From assembly GCF_000698785.1 (NCBI RefSeq), contig NZ_CP007536.1, positions 360,001-392,000 of the forward strand: a DNA stretch of 32,000 nt, in the 5' to 3' direction. Under the pieces are notes generated by a model. It had not been told where the DNA came from, searched no databases, and saw only the letters and a list, made by a program, of their open reading frames with translations. The stretch comes from Nitrososphaera viennensis EN76. Its GTDB lineage: Archaea > Thermoproteota > Nitrososphaeria > Nitrososphaerales > Nitrososphaeraceae. This document shows, in pieces, positions 31,417-32,000 of this stretch. Position numbers and translations under genes: made by a program. The first letter of the stretch is position 1. Each line of letters opens with the position of its first letter.

Positions 31417-32000
31417 GTGGTAGCTTTTGGCCGTCTCGATTTGGGCGGCAAGATAAGGATCACGCCCCTAACCACGACTGAAGACCAGTTTGCACTATTC
31501 AAGAAACTCTATTCTTCCTCTGACCGCGCATTCATTCTGGAATCACTAATAGGCCCAAAAGAGCTTGCCGAGATGTCCGTCATCGGCTTTGACCCAGAGG
31601 TCACGGTTACCTGCGACTCCAAAGCGTTTACTGTCGAAAGGCGCGGCAGGATAAGAAAGCAAAAGGTGACAGAGCCCTTGTCGCAGCTGCGCCAGCTCGT
31701 TCCCGAGGTAAAGGATGACACGTTCCGCTACATTGGAGGAGCGGTGGGGTACATCAGCTATGACGCAATAAGGTTCTGGGAAAGCCTGCCTGTGGACAAG
31801 CGCAAGGGCAAAAGCACGTTTCCCCTGATGGAATTTGGGATTTACACAGACGGCATACTGTACAACCACAAGGAAGGCCGAGCCTACTACTTTTACCTTG
31901 GCAAGTCGAGATTGAAGGAGATAAAGCGCAGGCTGGCAAAGGCGCCTGCAAAAAAGTCGGCTCCATTTTCGCACACCGAACCGCAGAGGAACATGACCAA
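31417..32000 (+). CDS. Chorismate-utilising enzyme, anthranilate synthase component I / aminodeoxychorismate synthase family (TrpE/PabB); 5' part, continues past the right edge
   Basis: The frame is open to the window edge, so it is not in the track. GTG 31417 follows an in-frame TGA at 31408. It reads ...FALFKKLYSSSDRAFILESLIGPKELAEMSVIGFDPE...FRYIGGAVGYISYDAIRFWESLP...PLMEFGIYTDGILYNH. Confidence 0.75.
   Translation, partial: MVAFGRLDLGGKIRITPLTTTEDQFALFKKLYSSSDRAFILESLIGPKELAEMSVIGFDPEVTVTCDSKAFTVERRGRIRKQKVTEPLSQLRQLVPEVKDDTFRYIGGAVGYISYDAIRFWESLPVDKRKGKSTFPLMEFGIYTDGILYNHKEGRAYYFYLGKSRLKEIKRRLAKAPAKKSAPFSHTEPQRNMT

Noticed and set aside
1-32000. Scan for tRNA, rRNA, CRISPR repeats, transposase or integrase, and long direct or inverted repeats
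   Set aside because: I recognised none by eye. There is no T-loop GGTTCGAATCC-type motif with matching stems, no regularly spaced repeats and no DDE or tyrosine-recombinase-like ORFs. A computational scan (tRNAscan-SE, Infernal, a repeat finder) is still needed to be sure.

Overview
Archaeal chromosomal window. The information-processing genes are unmistakably archaeal: aIF2-alpha, Nop10, S15P/S13e, S3Ae, a Pcc1-like protein, RNase P subunits Rpp30 and Pop5, tRNA-splicing endonuclease EndA and a RecJ/DHH nuclease. Gene content and the roughly 55% GC core fit a Nitrososphaera-like ammonia-oxidising thaumarchaeon, but that placement is inference only.

Layout:
- 1-6037: GT39-like membrane transferase (partial), then a cobalt-early cobalamin cluster (cbiG, a cbiX-cbiX-cbiC fusion, cbiA, cobO) interrupted by an uncharacterised bPH-SHOCT-zinc-ribbon gene.
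- 6116-10425: aIF2-alpha, nop10, an FAD oxidoreductase and a thioesterase, then a minus-strand unit of Zn-ribbon, VOC, PrpB-like lyase and a small acidic protein.
- 10426-11003: a 578-bp AT-rich divergent intergenic region containing GC-rich hairpins and palindromes.
- 11004-15584: Lrp regulator, AMMECR1, a GT-B glycosyltransferase, a ThiI-like THUMP protein and small membrane or secreted proteins.
- 15728-21222: a tightly coupled block of S15, RecJ-like, Pcc1-like, SerRS, S3Ae, UPF0201, Rpp30 and Pop5.
- 21223-23513: an AT-richer island with a Cys-rich membrane protein and an orphan Cdc48-N-domain protein.
- 23514-28040: radical SAM, polysaccharide deacetylase, DUF47, endA, two hypothetical genes and HIT.
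- 28041-29682: a second AT-richer island of small ORFs.
- 29683-32000: ilvD and a partial trpE/pabB-family gene.

No rRNA, tRNA, CRISPR array, transposase or integrase was recognised.

Most interesting observations:
- The Rpp30 homologue has a conserved-looking N-terminal region with no canonical start codon.
- A Cdc48/VAT N-domain protein lacks any AAA+ ATPase.
- A perfect 10-bp hairpin encloses the cbiA start codon, downstream of the unexpected bPH-SHOCT-zinc-ribbon gene.
- The fused CbiX-CbiX-CbiC chelatase is asymmetric.
- The long intergenic region carries a candidate structured RNA and operator sites.

All family assignments come from by-eye motif recognition. No HMM, BLAST or folding computation was possible.
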